Shown piece by piece: positions 24,951-33,053 of a stretch of 35,897 nt of DNA. A program made the position numbers and the translations under genes. Where the stretch lies: NCBI GenBank assembly GCA_030639065.1, contig DAOWDJ010000006.1, forward strand, positions 1 to 35,897. The letters are read 5' to 3'. The first letter of the stretch is position 1, and every line of letters begins with the position of its first letter. The DNA comes from an archaeon (GTDB lineage Archaea > Nanobdellota > Nanobdellia > Pacearchaeales > GW2011-AR1). The notes beneath the pieces are model-generated. The model made no database searches. It saw nothing but the letters and a program-made list of their open reading frames with translations, and was not told the DNA's origin.

Positions 24951-25412
24951 TCAAAGCGTAACTCCTGCATCCATACAAGTGAAAACTTTATTTATACTTT
25001 TACCTTTAACTTTGCCAATTAACGCAGGATAAACGATTATTTTATCCGGTACCGAACCATCTGTCATTTCAAAATTGATATATCCGGTAACACTTCCTCC
25101 TGCATCAACCTGAATATCAAATTTCCTTATCTCTGAATTACCAACAGAATCGAACAACTTAATCTCTAAATGACGAATATCAACATTCCCCCTATTAATA
25201 ATTTCCACTTCTTCATCCTCATATACACTAGCCTCAAAATTAATTGATGAGCAAGACTCTTCAATAGAAATTCCAAATTTCTCGACATGCTCACTAACAA
25301 AACCCCTAGCCCATAAAAAAATCATAGTCGCTAAAACCAAAACCAACAAAATCATTAAAACACTAGCAATCACAGGAGAAAGTCCACGCTCATTTTTAAT
25401 ACTCTTTTTCAT
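24951..25412 (-). CDS. archaeal type IV pilin (Pilin_N/DUF1628-type N-terminus)
   Basis: NERGLSPVIASVLMILLVLVLATMIFLW. Confidence 0.85.
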   Translation of the reverse strand: MKKSIKNERGLSPVIASVLMILLVLVLATMIFLWARGFVSEHVEKFGISIEESCSSINFEASVYEDEEVEIINRGNVDIRHLEIKLFDSVGNSEIRKFDIQVDAGGSVTGYINFEMTDGSVPDKIIVYPALIGKVKGKSINKVFTCMDAGVTL

Positions 25413-25445
25413 ATTATTATAGATTCTTCCAATTTATAAACATAA

Positions 25446-25934
25446 TTATCCGCATGTTACCTTTTGAGAGACATAAGCCTTACAGCTTATCTGACTTTTT
25501 TCCATCATAAATGGCTGAACTTCAACTAATGTAATAACATCTAATGTCTTGCCATCAAAATCATAATCGTCAAAATAATAAATTGCTTCATATTCATCCC
25601 CAGGTTTAATCTCTATTCCTACATCATCAAAAGTATAAAACCCAAAATCTGCATCCTCTCTATCATGAACTCGCAACATATATCCATCTACTGTGAACAA
25701 ACCTTTATTCTTCAAAGTCACTGTTAAATTGCCACCTACCCCACTAAAACACTCGTAGTTTTTTATAATAATATTAACATTATCCGAACATTCCTCGACG
25801 CTAGACTCGCTAACATAAAAACGCAACCATCCAAAGACCAGAACTGATAAAGAAAGAGTAATTGAAATTAACAAAACATAACCAATAACATTACTCAGCG
25901 CCCTCTTCCTATCCAACCGCAATATAGACCTCAT
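25446..25934 (-). CDS. archaeal pilin-like protein (DUF1628-type N-terminus, start uncertain)
   Basis: RKRALSNVIGYVLLISITLSLSVLVFGW. Confidence 0.65.
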   Translation of the reverse strand: MRSILRLDRKRALSNVIGYVLLISITLSLSVLVFGWLRFYVSESSVEECSDNVNIIIKNYECFSGVGGNLTVTLKNKGLFTVDGYMLRVHDREDADFGFYTFDDVGIEIKPGDEYEAIYYFDDYDFDGKTLDVITLVEVQPFMMEKSQISCKAYVSQKVTCG

Positions 25935-26466
25935 CTTCCACATCCTTTTGTATTATAAAAATAATTTGATAATATTCCGTAATAGAAAAACTAAGGCTTT
26001 CACCCCCAATCTCAACAACAATCTCACTAACTCCAATCAAATCCTCAACACTTAAAATTGTCGTATCAATCTCGTCATCCTCAAGAGCAACGAAAGATCC
26101 TCCATAAGATATAGTACTCGTAGAAACATCATCATCCCATTCACCTGTTATTGTAATCCCAGTAGTAGTACTCCCATATATAATAACAAAGTTAGCATCC
26201 GGCTCTTTATTTCTAACATTTTCAGTAAGTGTTATAATAAACTCCTCCAAATCAATCTCACTACCACCCTCATCATCCTCAACGGTATAAATTTCATAAT
26301 CCAATGCTGCACTCGACTCCCTCTTCACCTCATAACTAAATTCGTAAAACTCCTCAGGCTCACTAGTTACAATAGCTCTATTTATAGTAACCCCTAAACT
26401 AAGCACTACCATAGAAATTATAACAGCCGCCAATAAAAAAAGTTGCCCCCGCTTATTCATCACCAT
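25909..26466 (-). CDS. pilin-like protein, KG/Q class
   Basis: MNKRGQLFLLAAVIISMVVLSLGV. TATA TTTTATAAAC about 30 nt upstream. Confidence 0.55.
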   Translation of the reverse strand: MVMNKRGQLFLLAAVIISMVVLSLGVTINRAIVTSEPEEFYEFSYEVKRESSAALDYEIYTVEDDEGGSEIDLEEFIITLTENVRNKEPDANFVIIYGSTTTGITITGEWDDDVSTSTISYGGSFVALEDDEIDTTILSVEDLIGVSEIVVEIGGESLSFSITEYYQIIFIIQKDVEDEVYIAVG

Positions 26467-26499
26467 GACATTTTAACAACTCAATAGTTTATAAAATTA

Positions 26500-26762
26500 G
26501 TGTAGGTCCAACAAGTTGCTCAAATCCACAACCGGGAGGTTACCAATAATCCTCAGTTCTGCGACCCTTTAAGCATCCAAACCTTAACTTAGAGCTGCTT
26601 CGTTCCCGACCTGACTCGATTCATCAAGGCAAGATCAAAAAGGACAAAACCTCAACGTCAAATCAATAACATCGACAGCTTCATCTCACGCCTTGCCTTG
26701 CAGTCCGCCATAAAGCCCATTTGCGAATAGCGAGGGGCTAGCTCGCCGACCTGACCTACTAA
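26500..26762 (-). ncRNA. signal recognition particle RNA (archaeal 7S RNA)
   Basis: The minus strand reads GUCAGGUCGGGAACGAAGCAGC (plus coordinates 26594-26615). This is the conserved helix-8 motif with a GGAA tetraloop. The 5' GUAGGUC (26753-26759) pairs with the 3' GGACCUAC (26502-26509). It is a GC-rich island in AT-rich DNA and ends in a U-rich tract. Confidence 0.85.
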
Positions 26763-26780
26763 AAACAGACACTAAAAACC

Positions 26781-26788
26781 TTTAAAAG
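26781..26788. promoter_or_regulatory. single TATA element tttaaaag between divergent SRP RNA and tRNA-Ser genes
   Basis: The centre is about 25 nt from the inferred SRP RNA 5' end and about 27 nt from tRNA position 1. Confidence 0.5.
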
Positions 26789-26811
26789 ACTTATTGTTTT
26801 ACAAAATTCAA

Positions 26812-26892
26812 GCTCACATCGCATAATGGTATTGCACCGCTCTGCTAAGGCGGACCCTTCGGGGTACCCCGGTTCGATTCCGGGTGTGAGCG
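26812..26892 (+). tRNA. tRNA-Ser(GCU): tRNA-Ser, anticodon GCU, no encoded CCA
   Basis: Acceptor GCTCACA/TGTGAGC. Anticodon stem CCGCT/GGCGG with loop CTGCTAA. Long variable arm CCC-TTCG-GGG. T arm CCCGG-TTCGATT-CCGGG. Discriminator G. Confidence 0.9.
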
Positions 26893-27046
26893 TTCAATCG
26901 AAGCGGGGTAATACCCCGGCGAAAATCTTTGCTCGAATTTTGCACAAAAAATATATCATGCAAAATTTTAAAGTGAAGTTTGAGTAGATTCTGGGTGTGA
27001 GCGTTTATCTAGAATCAAACCCTCAAAAAGATACTATCATTTTAAA

Positions 27047-28327
27047 CTAATAATCTCTAGTATTTTTATCTAAAAAACCCACAAGTGCAATCCCTTCTTT
27101 GTCGCCTGCCACCTTAAAACACTCTCTTGCACCATATTTTCTTTGCCAGCTATTATCACTTCGTAGAGCCATATTTCCCATTCTTTTCGCATCATCCTTC
27201 ATCCCCGCGAAAACATAATAATTAGCAGCTTCATCATATCCCTCTTTTTCCTCTGCTATACTAGCCGCCCTCAAAGCCTTATCAGCTGGGATTCGGGTTT
27301 TTATCATCTCGTAAAGCTTTCCAAATTGTGAGACATTGGATCCAACTTTCGCAAAATCTTTTTCTTCAAGTAAATTATTCGCATATTGCGCTATTCTCTT
27401 TTTTGCTTCTTTTACACTATGCTGTGATAAATAATCGAATGCTATTTTAACTGATGACATTATACTCCCAGGAGAATATGAATCTCTTGCGCTTTCAATC
27501 TTTGTCGATTCAGATAATATTTGCCCCCCCTTTGCTCTATATTCCTTTGCACGAATCATTTTACCAGCTCTTTTATATAAACCTAAAGCTTTGTAATACT
27601 CCCCCTGCTCAAAAAATTCATCTCCAAACTCTCTAAAATCTCGAGGAACAAAAGAATGTTTTGTATCATCCATATATTTTACCACTTTATCAAATAACCA
27701 ATCATTTTTTCTTCCATTTATGATACTCTTTGCCTTATCCATTGGCATCATTAAATCTTGACCTTCATAAAAGTTAAAAGCATCTTCAAATCTTCCTTTA
27801 TCCAATGCAATTCCAGAATATTTCTCCCTATCTTCGTCAGATAACTTCTTCCCAGCAACAGCTAAAAATAAAGTCCCCTCTTCGCTCATGCCTTCATTCA
27901 ATAGTTGGTATGCCATCTCCTCTGCTCTAATTACTGCCCCACCTGCATTTAAAGCTCTGGCAGCCCCCCAATAGTCAGAATGTTCTTCAGAGATCATATC
28001 CTCTGCAAGCTCAATAGCTATATGCTTAGGCAATTTATCATGAGCTGTTAATATCCTCAAAAAATCCTTCCCCACTTCCTTCTCCTCATTAGAATCACCA
28101 TGAAAATAAGAAACTCCAAACTCAAGAATCTTATCCCAGTTTTGTCCAAAAAATAAATAATGAGCAGCCGATTTAAAATCTCCCCTGAGAAATGTTTCCT
28201 CACCAGCCTTAAGATAAATCTCTGAAATTTGATCTGCAGGAAACATTGACATATCAATAGAATTCTTCCGCTCAAATTCTTTCGATCTTTCAACCAAAAC
28301 ATTTACGATTCCTTCTAAGTTTCCCAT
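27047..28327 (-). CDS. helical-repeat (TPR/Sel1-like) protein, hypothetical (start moved to MGNLEGI)
   Basis: Recurrent G-x-[FY]-x-x-A-x-x-[FY]-[YLF] motifs: GDFKSAAHYLFFG, GRFEDAFNFYEG, GEYYKALGLYKRAG, GYDEAANYYVFAG. Confidence 0.55.
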   Translation of the reverse strand: MGNLEGIVNVLVERSKEFERKNSIDMSMFPADQISEIYLKAGEETFLRGDFKSAAHYLFFGQNWDKILEFGVSYFHGDSNEEKEVGKDFLRILTAHDKLPKHIAIELAEDMISEEHSDYWGAARALNAGGAVIRAEEMAYQLLNEGMSEEGTLFLAVAGKKLSDEDREKYSGIALDKGRFEDAFNFYEGQDLMMPMDKAKSIINGRKNDWLFDKVVKYMDDTKHSFVPRDFREFGDEFFEQGEYYKALGLYKRAGKMIRAKEYRAKGGQILSESTKIESARDSYSPGSIMSSVKIAFDYLSQHSVKEAKKRIAQYANNLLEEKDFAKVGSNVSQFGKLYEMIKTRIPADKALRAASIAEEKEGYDEAANYYVFAGMKDDAKRMGNMALRSDNSWQRKYGARECFKVAGDKEGIALVGFLDKNTRDY

Positions 28328-28458
28328 AATAAAAAACAAACATAATCTCAATTTATAATAAAATGTATTCTCTATTATATATATTATAAATAATCACTTT
28401 TGTAACCCCTAGAACATGAATCCAAAAACTTTATAACCTTCAAATACCACTATTATTT

Positions 28459-28545
28459 GTTCAACTTCGGTTGAATATGCTTGGCTTCGGTTAAGTATTG
28501 GGAAGTTAAACAGCTTCGGTTTTTTAGCTTCCCTCTTTTTATTTT
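28459..28545 (+). ncRNA. candidate small RNA built of three consecutive cUUCGg-capped hairpins
   Basis: TATA ctttataac 28429-28437 lies about 25 nt upstream. H1 28460-28475 is TTCAAC-TTCG-GTTGAA. H2 28477-28498 has a 9-bp stem with G.U pairs. H3 28500-28533 is GGGAAG...AGC-TTCG-G...CTTCCC. The T-rich tail is TCTTTTTATTTTTTAT. Confidence 0.5.
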
Positions 28546-28620
28546 TTATCTCTGTAATTAAACAAATAAAAACATGAAACTTTTCCAAAATTTCTTTTTT
28601 TATTTTAAATTACCCAAATC

Positions 28621-28628
28621 CTTATAAA
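28621..28628 (+). promoter_or_regulatory. TATA box cttataaa about 25 nt upstream of the ATG at 28650
   Basis: Consensus position and sequence. Confidence 0.55.
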
Positions 28629-28649
28629 CGATAATAGTTAATTTGACCC

Positions 28650-28964
28650 ATGGAAAAAGAAATCGGAAAAATTCAGAAAGGGGAATACCAGGGAACTATA
28701 ACAGAAATAGTTATAGGAATTAAAGAATACAATGGGAAAACAGGAATAGATATCAGAGAGTTCACCCAGAGTGAAGCCTACACTGGACCTACAAAAAAAG
28801 GATTAAGAATTCCTGCCGACAAATTTGAAGAATTTAAGACAATGATTAATTCTATTGACAATGCAGACTTGATTTCTGAACGGCCAGAACAAACTGCATT
28901 AAAAACAGAACCATCTGAAACCGAAAACGACGATGCAGGAATTAATGAAGAAGGATTAATGTAG
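28650..28964 (+). CDS. PC4/YdbC-like ssDNA-binding fold protein with an acidic tail (tentative)
   Basis: The pattern GKTGIDIREF....GPTKKGLRIPADKFEEFKTMINSI resembles PC4/YdbC-family proteins. Recognised by eye only. Confidence 0.5.
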   Translation: MEKEIGKIQKGEYQGTITEIVIGIKEYNGKTGIDIREFTQSEAYTGPTKKGLRIPADKFEEFKTMINSIDNADLISERPEQTALKTEPSETENDDAGINEEGLM

Positions 28965-29008
28965 CAATTAATACAACGTTTTATATATTCTAAAAAAGTT
29001 ATCAACCA

Positions 29009-30310
29009 ATGGGTGACGTAGATATATTTTTCAATGCAAAAACTTTCGCAGTCATAGGTGCATCCAGAGATGATAAAAAAGTTGGACACGTAGTTTTTAA
29101 AAATCTTTTACATTCAGATAAAAAAGTATTTCCAGTAAATCCAAAAGCAGAAAAAATTCTTGAAAACCACTCATACAAAGATATGTTCGAAATACCCTAT
29201 CAAATAGATTGTGTAGTAATAGCTATCCCAGCAAAATTTGTACCACTAGCCTTAAGAGATGCACAAAAATTAAAAGTAAAATCTGCTATTGTTCTCTCAG
29301 CTGGATTTTCAGAAATCGGAGAAACAGAACTTAGCCACCGAATAATTAAAATTGCAGATGAAGCAGATATAAAACTACTCGGACCAAATTCCTATGGTTT
29401 TATCGACCCGTCACAAAAACTCAACACAACCTATTTTGAAGGTATACCAAAGCCGGGAAATATAGCATTTATTTCACAATCTGGGGCAATAGGTTCAGCC
29501 ATTCTAGACACAGCAACAAAATTATCTGGCTTTGTTTCAATCGGCAATTCTGCACAGCTAGATTTCTCCGACTTTATAGAATATTATTCCAGAGATAAAA
29601 ATACGAAGGTAATTACAATCTATCTTGAATCACTAAAAAAAGGACGTGGAAGACAATTTATTGAAACCTGTAAAAAGTGTAGAAAACCTATAGTAGTTTT
29701 AAAATCTGGAAAATCTCAGACTGGACAGAAAGCGGCACAATCTCACACTGCAGCCCTAGCTTCCGAAGCCAGAGTTTACGATGGAATTTTAAAACAAGCA
29801 GAAACAATCCAGGTGAACTCAATTAAACAATTACTCGCTGTAGCAAAAATCTTAGAGAAATTCCCTAAACTAGGAAACAAGGCTGCAATAATAACAAATG
29901 CTGGGGGATTAGGAGTCCTAGCAACCGACGCATGTGAATCAAATAATATTAAGATTCCTTCATTATCAAAATCTCTAATTGCAAAATTAAATACATTCTT
30001 ACCAGAAAATTGGAGCCACAATAATCCAATAGATTTAGTTGGTAATGCTCTAGCAGAAGACTACAAAAAAACTATTTCACTAATAGAAAAAGAAAATTTC
30101 GATTTTTCAATTATACTTTTAACACCACAGAAAATGACAGAAGGACTACTAACTGCTAAAGCTCTAATGGAAATGAAAAAACCCGTATTTGCTTGCTTCT
30201 TAGGGGGGTCTCAAGTTAGAGAAGCAAAAAAATTTATGGCAAGATTCGGAATAATTAATTTCGTGGACCCAAAAGAAATGTGTGATACTTTAGGGAAAAT
30301 TACGAAGTAA
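29009..30310 (+). CDS. acdA: acetyl-CoA synthetase (ADP-forming), alpha subunit
   Basis: CoA-binding FAVIGASRDDKKVGHVVF, then LLGPNSYGFI, AFISQSGAIGSAILD and the catalytic-His region SHTAALAS. Confidence 0.85.
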   Translation: MGDVDIFFNAKTFAVIGASRDDKKVGHVVFKNLLHSDKKVFPVNPKAEKILENHSYKDMFEIPYQIDCVVIAIPAKFVPLALRDAQKLKVKSAIVLSAGFSEIGETELSHRIIKIADEADIKLLGPNSYGFIDPSQKLNTTYFEGIPKPGNIAFISQSGAIGSAILDTATKLSGFVSIGNSAQLDFSDFIEYYSRDKNTKVITIYLESLKKGRGRQFIETCKKCRKPIVVLKSGKSQTGQKAAQSHTAALASEARVYDGILKQAETIQVNSIKQLLAVAKILEKFPKLGNKAAIITNAGGLGVLATDACESNNIKIPSLSKSLIAKLNTFLPENWSHNNPIDLVGNALAEDYKKTISLIEKENFDFSIILLTPQKMTEGLLTAKALMEMKKPVFACFLGGSQVREAKKFMARFGIINFVDPKEMCDTLGKITK

Positions 30311-30391
30311 CTTTTTCCTAGAAAATCTCTGATTTTTGTGTCCGAATGTCTTCTATGGCACGACAGTTAGAAGAATAATTAGTTAGAAATA

Positions 30392-30844
30392 TTATTCGTC
30401 TTTATCTAAGCATCCCACTTCTTTTTTAAATTCTGTCTCAAAAAAATCCTTAGCCCTTCTCATAAATTCATATGTTTTTTTAAAATCCTCTTCGGGTGTA
30501 TAAATTTTTCCATCTCCTTTGATCCCTTTATCTCCTCTTAAACCATGAAGATTTTTTACTATATGAGAATATCTATCCATGATAAATCCTACCTGCGATT
30601 CATCTAAATCTCCCTTTTCATTTACATCTATTAGTAATTTTGCAAGACCCTCTGTCTTTGGAACATTCTCAAAATTAATCTCGCCAGATCTAATCTTCTT
30701 TAATACCTTAACCTCATTACTAAAATAAATCTCCACATTCTCAATATAGTCTTTAGCGATAGGACTGACTTCTATCCTCTTATCATGAAAATAATCACAA
30801 AGACGTTTTGAACAATGTGCAACAGCGTGAAAATATGACCCCAT
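30392..30844 (-). CDS. hypothetical protein
   Basis: 150-aa ORF between acdA and acdB. No motif recognised. Confidence 0.5.
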   Translation of the reverse strand: MGSYFHAVAHCSKRLCDYFHDKRIEVSPIAKDYIENVEIYFSNEVKVLKKIRSGEINFENVPKTEGLAKLLIDVNEKGDLDESQVGFIMDRYSHIVKNLHGLRGDKGIKGDGKIYTPEEDFKKTYEFMRRAKDFFETEFKKEVGCLDKDE

Positions 30845-30894
30845 AACAATCTCAAAAAAAATACCTATTTAAACACTATTGCAATAAAATATAA

Positions 30895-31479
30895 CTATTC
30901 CAATTCAACCCGAGCATCAATAACCAAACTCCTTTTTTCCCCAACAATTACTGGATTCAAATCTAATTCTTTAATATCAAGTCTCGCTCCTAAGCGTACA
31001 ACCTCTTCAATCAATATAACAAATTTTCCCAAATCATAACTTTTCCCTCGAACCCTAAAAACATCTTTACCTTCCAAATCTAATATCATCCCTTTAATCT
31101 CGGCTTCGCTAACAGGCAACGATCTAAAAGTCACATCCTTTTTCACTTCAGCAAAAATCCCACCAAACCCAACAACTAACAATTTTCCAAAAACTTCATC
31201 ACTTTTAATCCCTACAATCATCTCAACGCCCTCAAAAGTCTCCTGTGCAATAATCTTATTTTTAGGAAATTTCTTATGTAGCTCTCTTAATTTCTTTTCA
31301 GCATCATCTAAATTATCACACCGGATAACCGCTCCTAAATCAGTTTTATGTCCACTAACATCTGCCTTCAGAAAATATGGAAATTCAAACATCTTCAAAT
31401 CTTCATGTCTAGTTACAACTTTCCATCTAGCCATTGGCAAATCTTTTACAATATTAAAACTATCAATCACTCCCTTCAT
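30895..31479 (-). CDS. acdB: acetyl-CoA synthetase (ADP-forming), beta subunit (ATP-grasp); start moved to MKGVIDS
   Basis: FPYFLKADVSGHKTDLGAV and GVEMIVGIKSDEVFGKLLVVGFGGIFAEVKKDVTFRSLP. The ATG at 31479 lies about 25 nt from the palindromic TATA at 31501-31508. The alternative start is 31521. Confidence 0.78.
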   Translation of the reverse strand: MKGVIDSFNIVKDLPMARWKVVTRHEDLKMFEFPYFLKADVSGHKTDLGAVIRCDNLDDAEKKLRELHKKFPKNKIIAQETFEGVEMIVGIKSDEVFGKLLVVGFGGIFAEVKKDVTFRSLPVSEAEIKGMILDLEGKDVFRVRGKSYDLGKFVILIEEVVRLGARLDIKELDLNPVIVGEKRSLVIDARVELE

Positions 31480-31500
31480 AAAATAAATCACAAACAAAAC

Positions 31501-31508
31501 TTTATATA
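31501..31508. promoter_or_regulatory. TATA box tttatata (core TTATATAA is palindromic), equidistant from the divergent acdB and oxidoreductase start codons
   Basis: The centre is about 25 nt from the ATG at 31530 (+) and about 25 nt from the ATG at 31479 (-). Confidence 0.6.
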
Positions 31509-31529
31509 ACTTCCCTCCCATAATTCATC

Positions 31530-33053
31530 ATGAGGTTGAATATTATTATAGGTGGCAAAGCAGGTCAGGGCATAAATAAGGTTTCTGAAATCGTAGCAAA
31601 TACCCTAAACAAATACGGCTACTTTACATTTAACTATCGCGACTATCAATCTCTAATACGAGGTGGACATAATTTCAACACCCTCTCAATTTCAGACACA
31701 CAAATAGAAAGCCACGAAGCCAGAGCCGATATCTTAGTTGCTCTAGATGAATGGACAATAAAAGTCCACAAACAAGCTTTAAAGAAAAATGGAATTATAA
31801 TCACAGCAGAACAATTTAAGGACGAAAAACAAAACTTAAATGTCACCCTCGCTGGAGCTTTAATAAAAATTCTCGGTATCCCATTAAAAGAACTAGAACA
31901 GGAAATCAAATCACAATTTAAAAAATATGAAGATGCACTTACCTCAACTAAAAAAGGATTTAAATCACAAAAAAGAATTCATCAACTGAAAAAACTCGAT
32001 AATAATCCATCAACTCTGTCTGGAAGTCAAGCAATTGCAATCGGTGCAAAAAATTCTGGACTTGATTTATACATAGCATATCCCATGACCCCAGCTACAA
32101 ACGTAATGAACGAACTTGCAGAAAATCAAGTTAAAGATAAACTAATGGTATTCCAAGCAGAAAACGAAATAGCAGCAGCAAACATGGCGCTTGGTGCATC
32201 CTTTGCAGGAACAAAAACAATGACAGGAACATCTGGCGGAGGATTCGACTTAATGGGAGAAGCACTTTCTCTCCAAGGCATTTCCGAAATTCCACTAACA
32301 GTTTATCTCGCTTCACGACCAGGACCAGGGACGGGAGTTCCAACTTATACCGCACAATCAGATTTAGATATTGCACTCCGAGCAGGACATGGAGAATTCC
32401 CAAGAATTGTTATAGCACCGGGCAATTCAGTTGAAGCAATTGAAAAAACATCTGAAGCATTATTTCTAGCAGAAAAATTTAGAACACTGTCTGTAATCCT
32501 CGGTGATAAACATCTAGCAGAATCTGAATTCTCCTCTATTGAAACATCCTCTAAAACTCCAAAATCTAAAATCATAAGAAAAATCCCGGGCAAAAATTTG
32601 GTAAAAAACTCATCATACGAAATTGACAAATTTGGAAATTCCACCGAATCATATACCCTAACTAAAAAAAATGTAGAGAAACGATTGGCAAAATATGGAA
32701 CTTCGAAAAAATTTATTGAGAAAAAATTTGAAATGATAAAAATTCACGGCAATAAAGATTCAAAAACTTTAATTATAGGATGGGGCTCAACCTCTGGTGC
32801 AATTAAAGATGCAATTAAAGACCTCGACGCTAAATTTCTCCAAATCCTTTACATGAAGCCATTATCAAATCAAATCAAAGAAGAGATGGAAAAAGCTGAT
32901 AAAATAATTCTTGTTGAATGTAATGTTACTGGACAACTTGGTCGATTACTCCGAGAAAAAACAGGAATCAAAATAGAAAACCGACTCTTAAAATACAACG
33001 GGAGACCTTTTCATTCAGACGAACTAAAAAATTCAATTGAGAAGATATTATGA
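31530..33053 (+). CDS. 2-oxoacid:ferredoxin oxidoreductase, fused gamma-alpha subunit
   Basis: Gamma-type N-terminus MRLNIIIGGKAGQGINKVSEI, followed by alpha-type SGSQAIAIGAKNSGLDLYIAYPMTPAT. Confidence 0.88.
   Translation: MRLNIIIGGKAGQGINKVSEIVANTLNKYGYFTFNYRDYQSLIRGGHNFNTLSISDTQIESHEARADILVALDEWTIKVHKQALKKNGIIITAEQFKDEKQNLNVTLAGALIKILGIPLKELEQEIKSQFKKYEDALTSTKKGFKSQKRIHQLKKLDNNPSTLSGSQAIAIGAKNSGLDLYIAYPMTPATNVMNELAENQVKDKLMVFQAENEIAAANMALGASFAGTKTMTGTSGGGFDLMGEALSLQGISEIPLTVYLASRPGPGTGVPTYTAQSDLDIALRAGHGEFPRIVIAPGNSVEAIEKTSEALFLAEKFRTLSVILGDKHLAESEFSSIETSSKTPKSKIIRKIPGKNLVKNSSYEIDKFGNSTESYTLTKKNVEKRLAKYGTSKKFIEKKFEMIKIHGNKDSKTLIIGWGSTSGAIKDAIKDLDAKFLQILYMKPLSNQIKEEMEKADKIILVECNVTGQLGRLLREKTGIKIENRLLKYNGRPFHSDELKNSIEKIL

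Noticed and set aside
13972-26466. Archaellum (motility) identity for the ATPase/platform/pilin genes.
   Set aside because: No archaellin-type array with FlaC-H/ArlC-H accessory genes or KaiC-like FlaH is present. The filament proteins look like adhesion-pilus pilins, and the platform is split.
26893-26986. An integrated virus or plasmid at tRNA-Ser.
   Set aside because: Only 92 bp separate the tRNA 3' end from its duplicate, and no coding capacity or integrase is present. It is retained only as a possible scar in the findings.
28459-28545. tRNA or tRNA-like identity for the three-hairpin RNA.
   Set aside because: There is no acceptor stem enclosing the hairpins. All loops are 4 nt, there is no T-loop or anticodon-loop geometry, and the stems are 6, 9 and about 15 bp.
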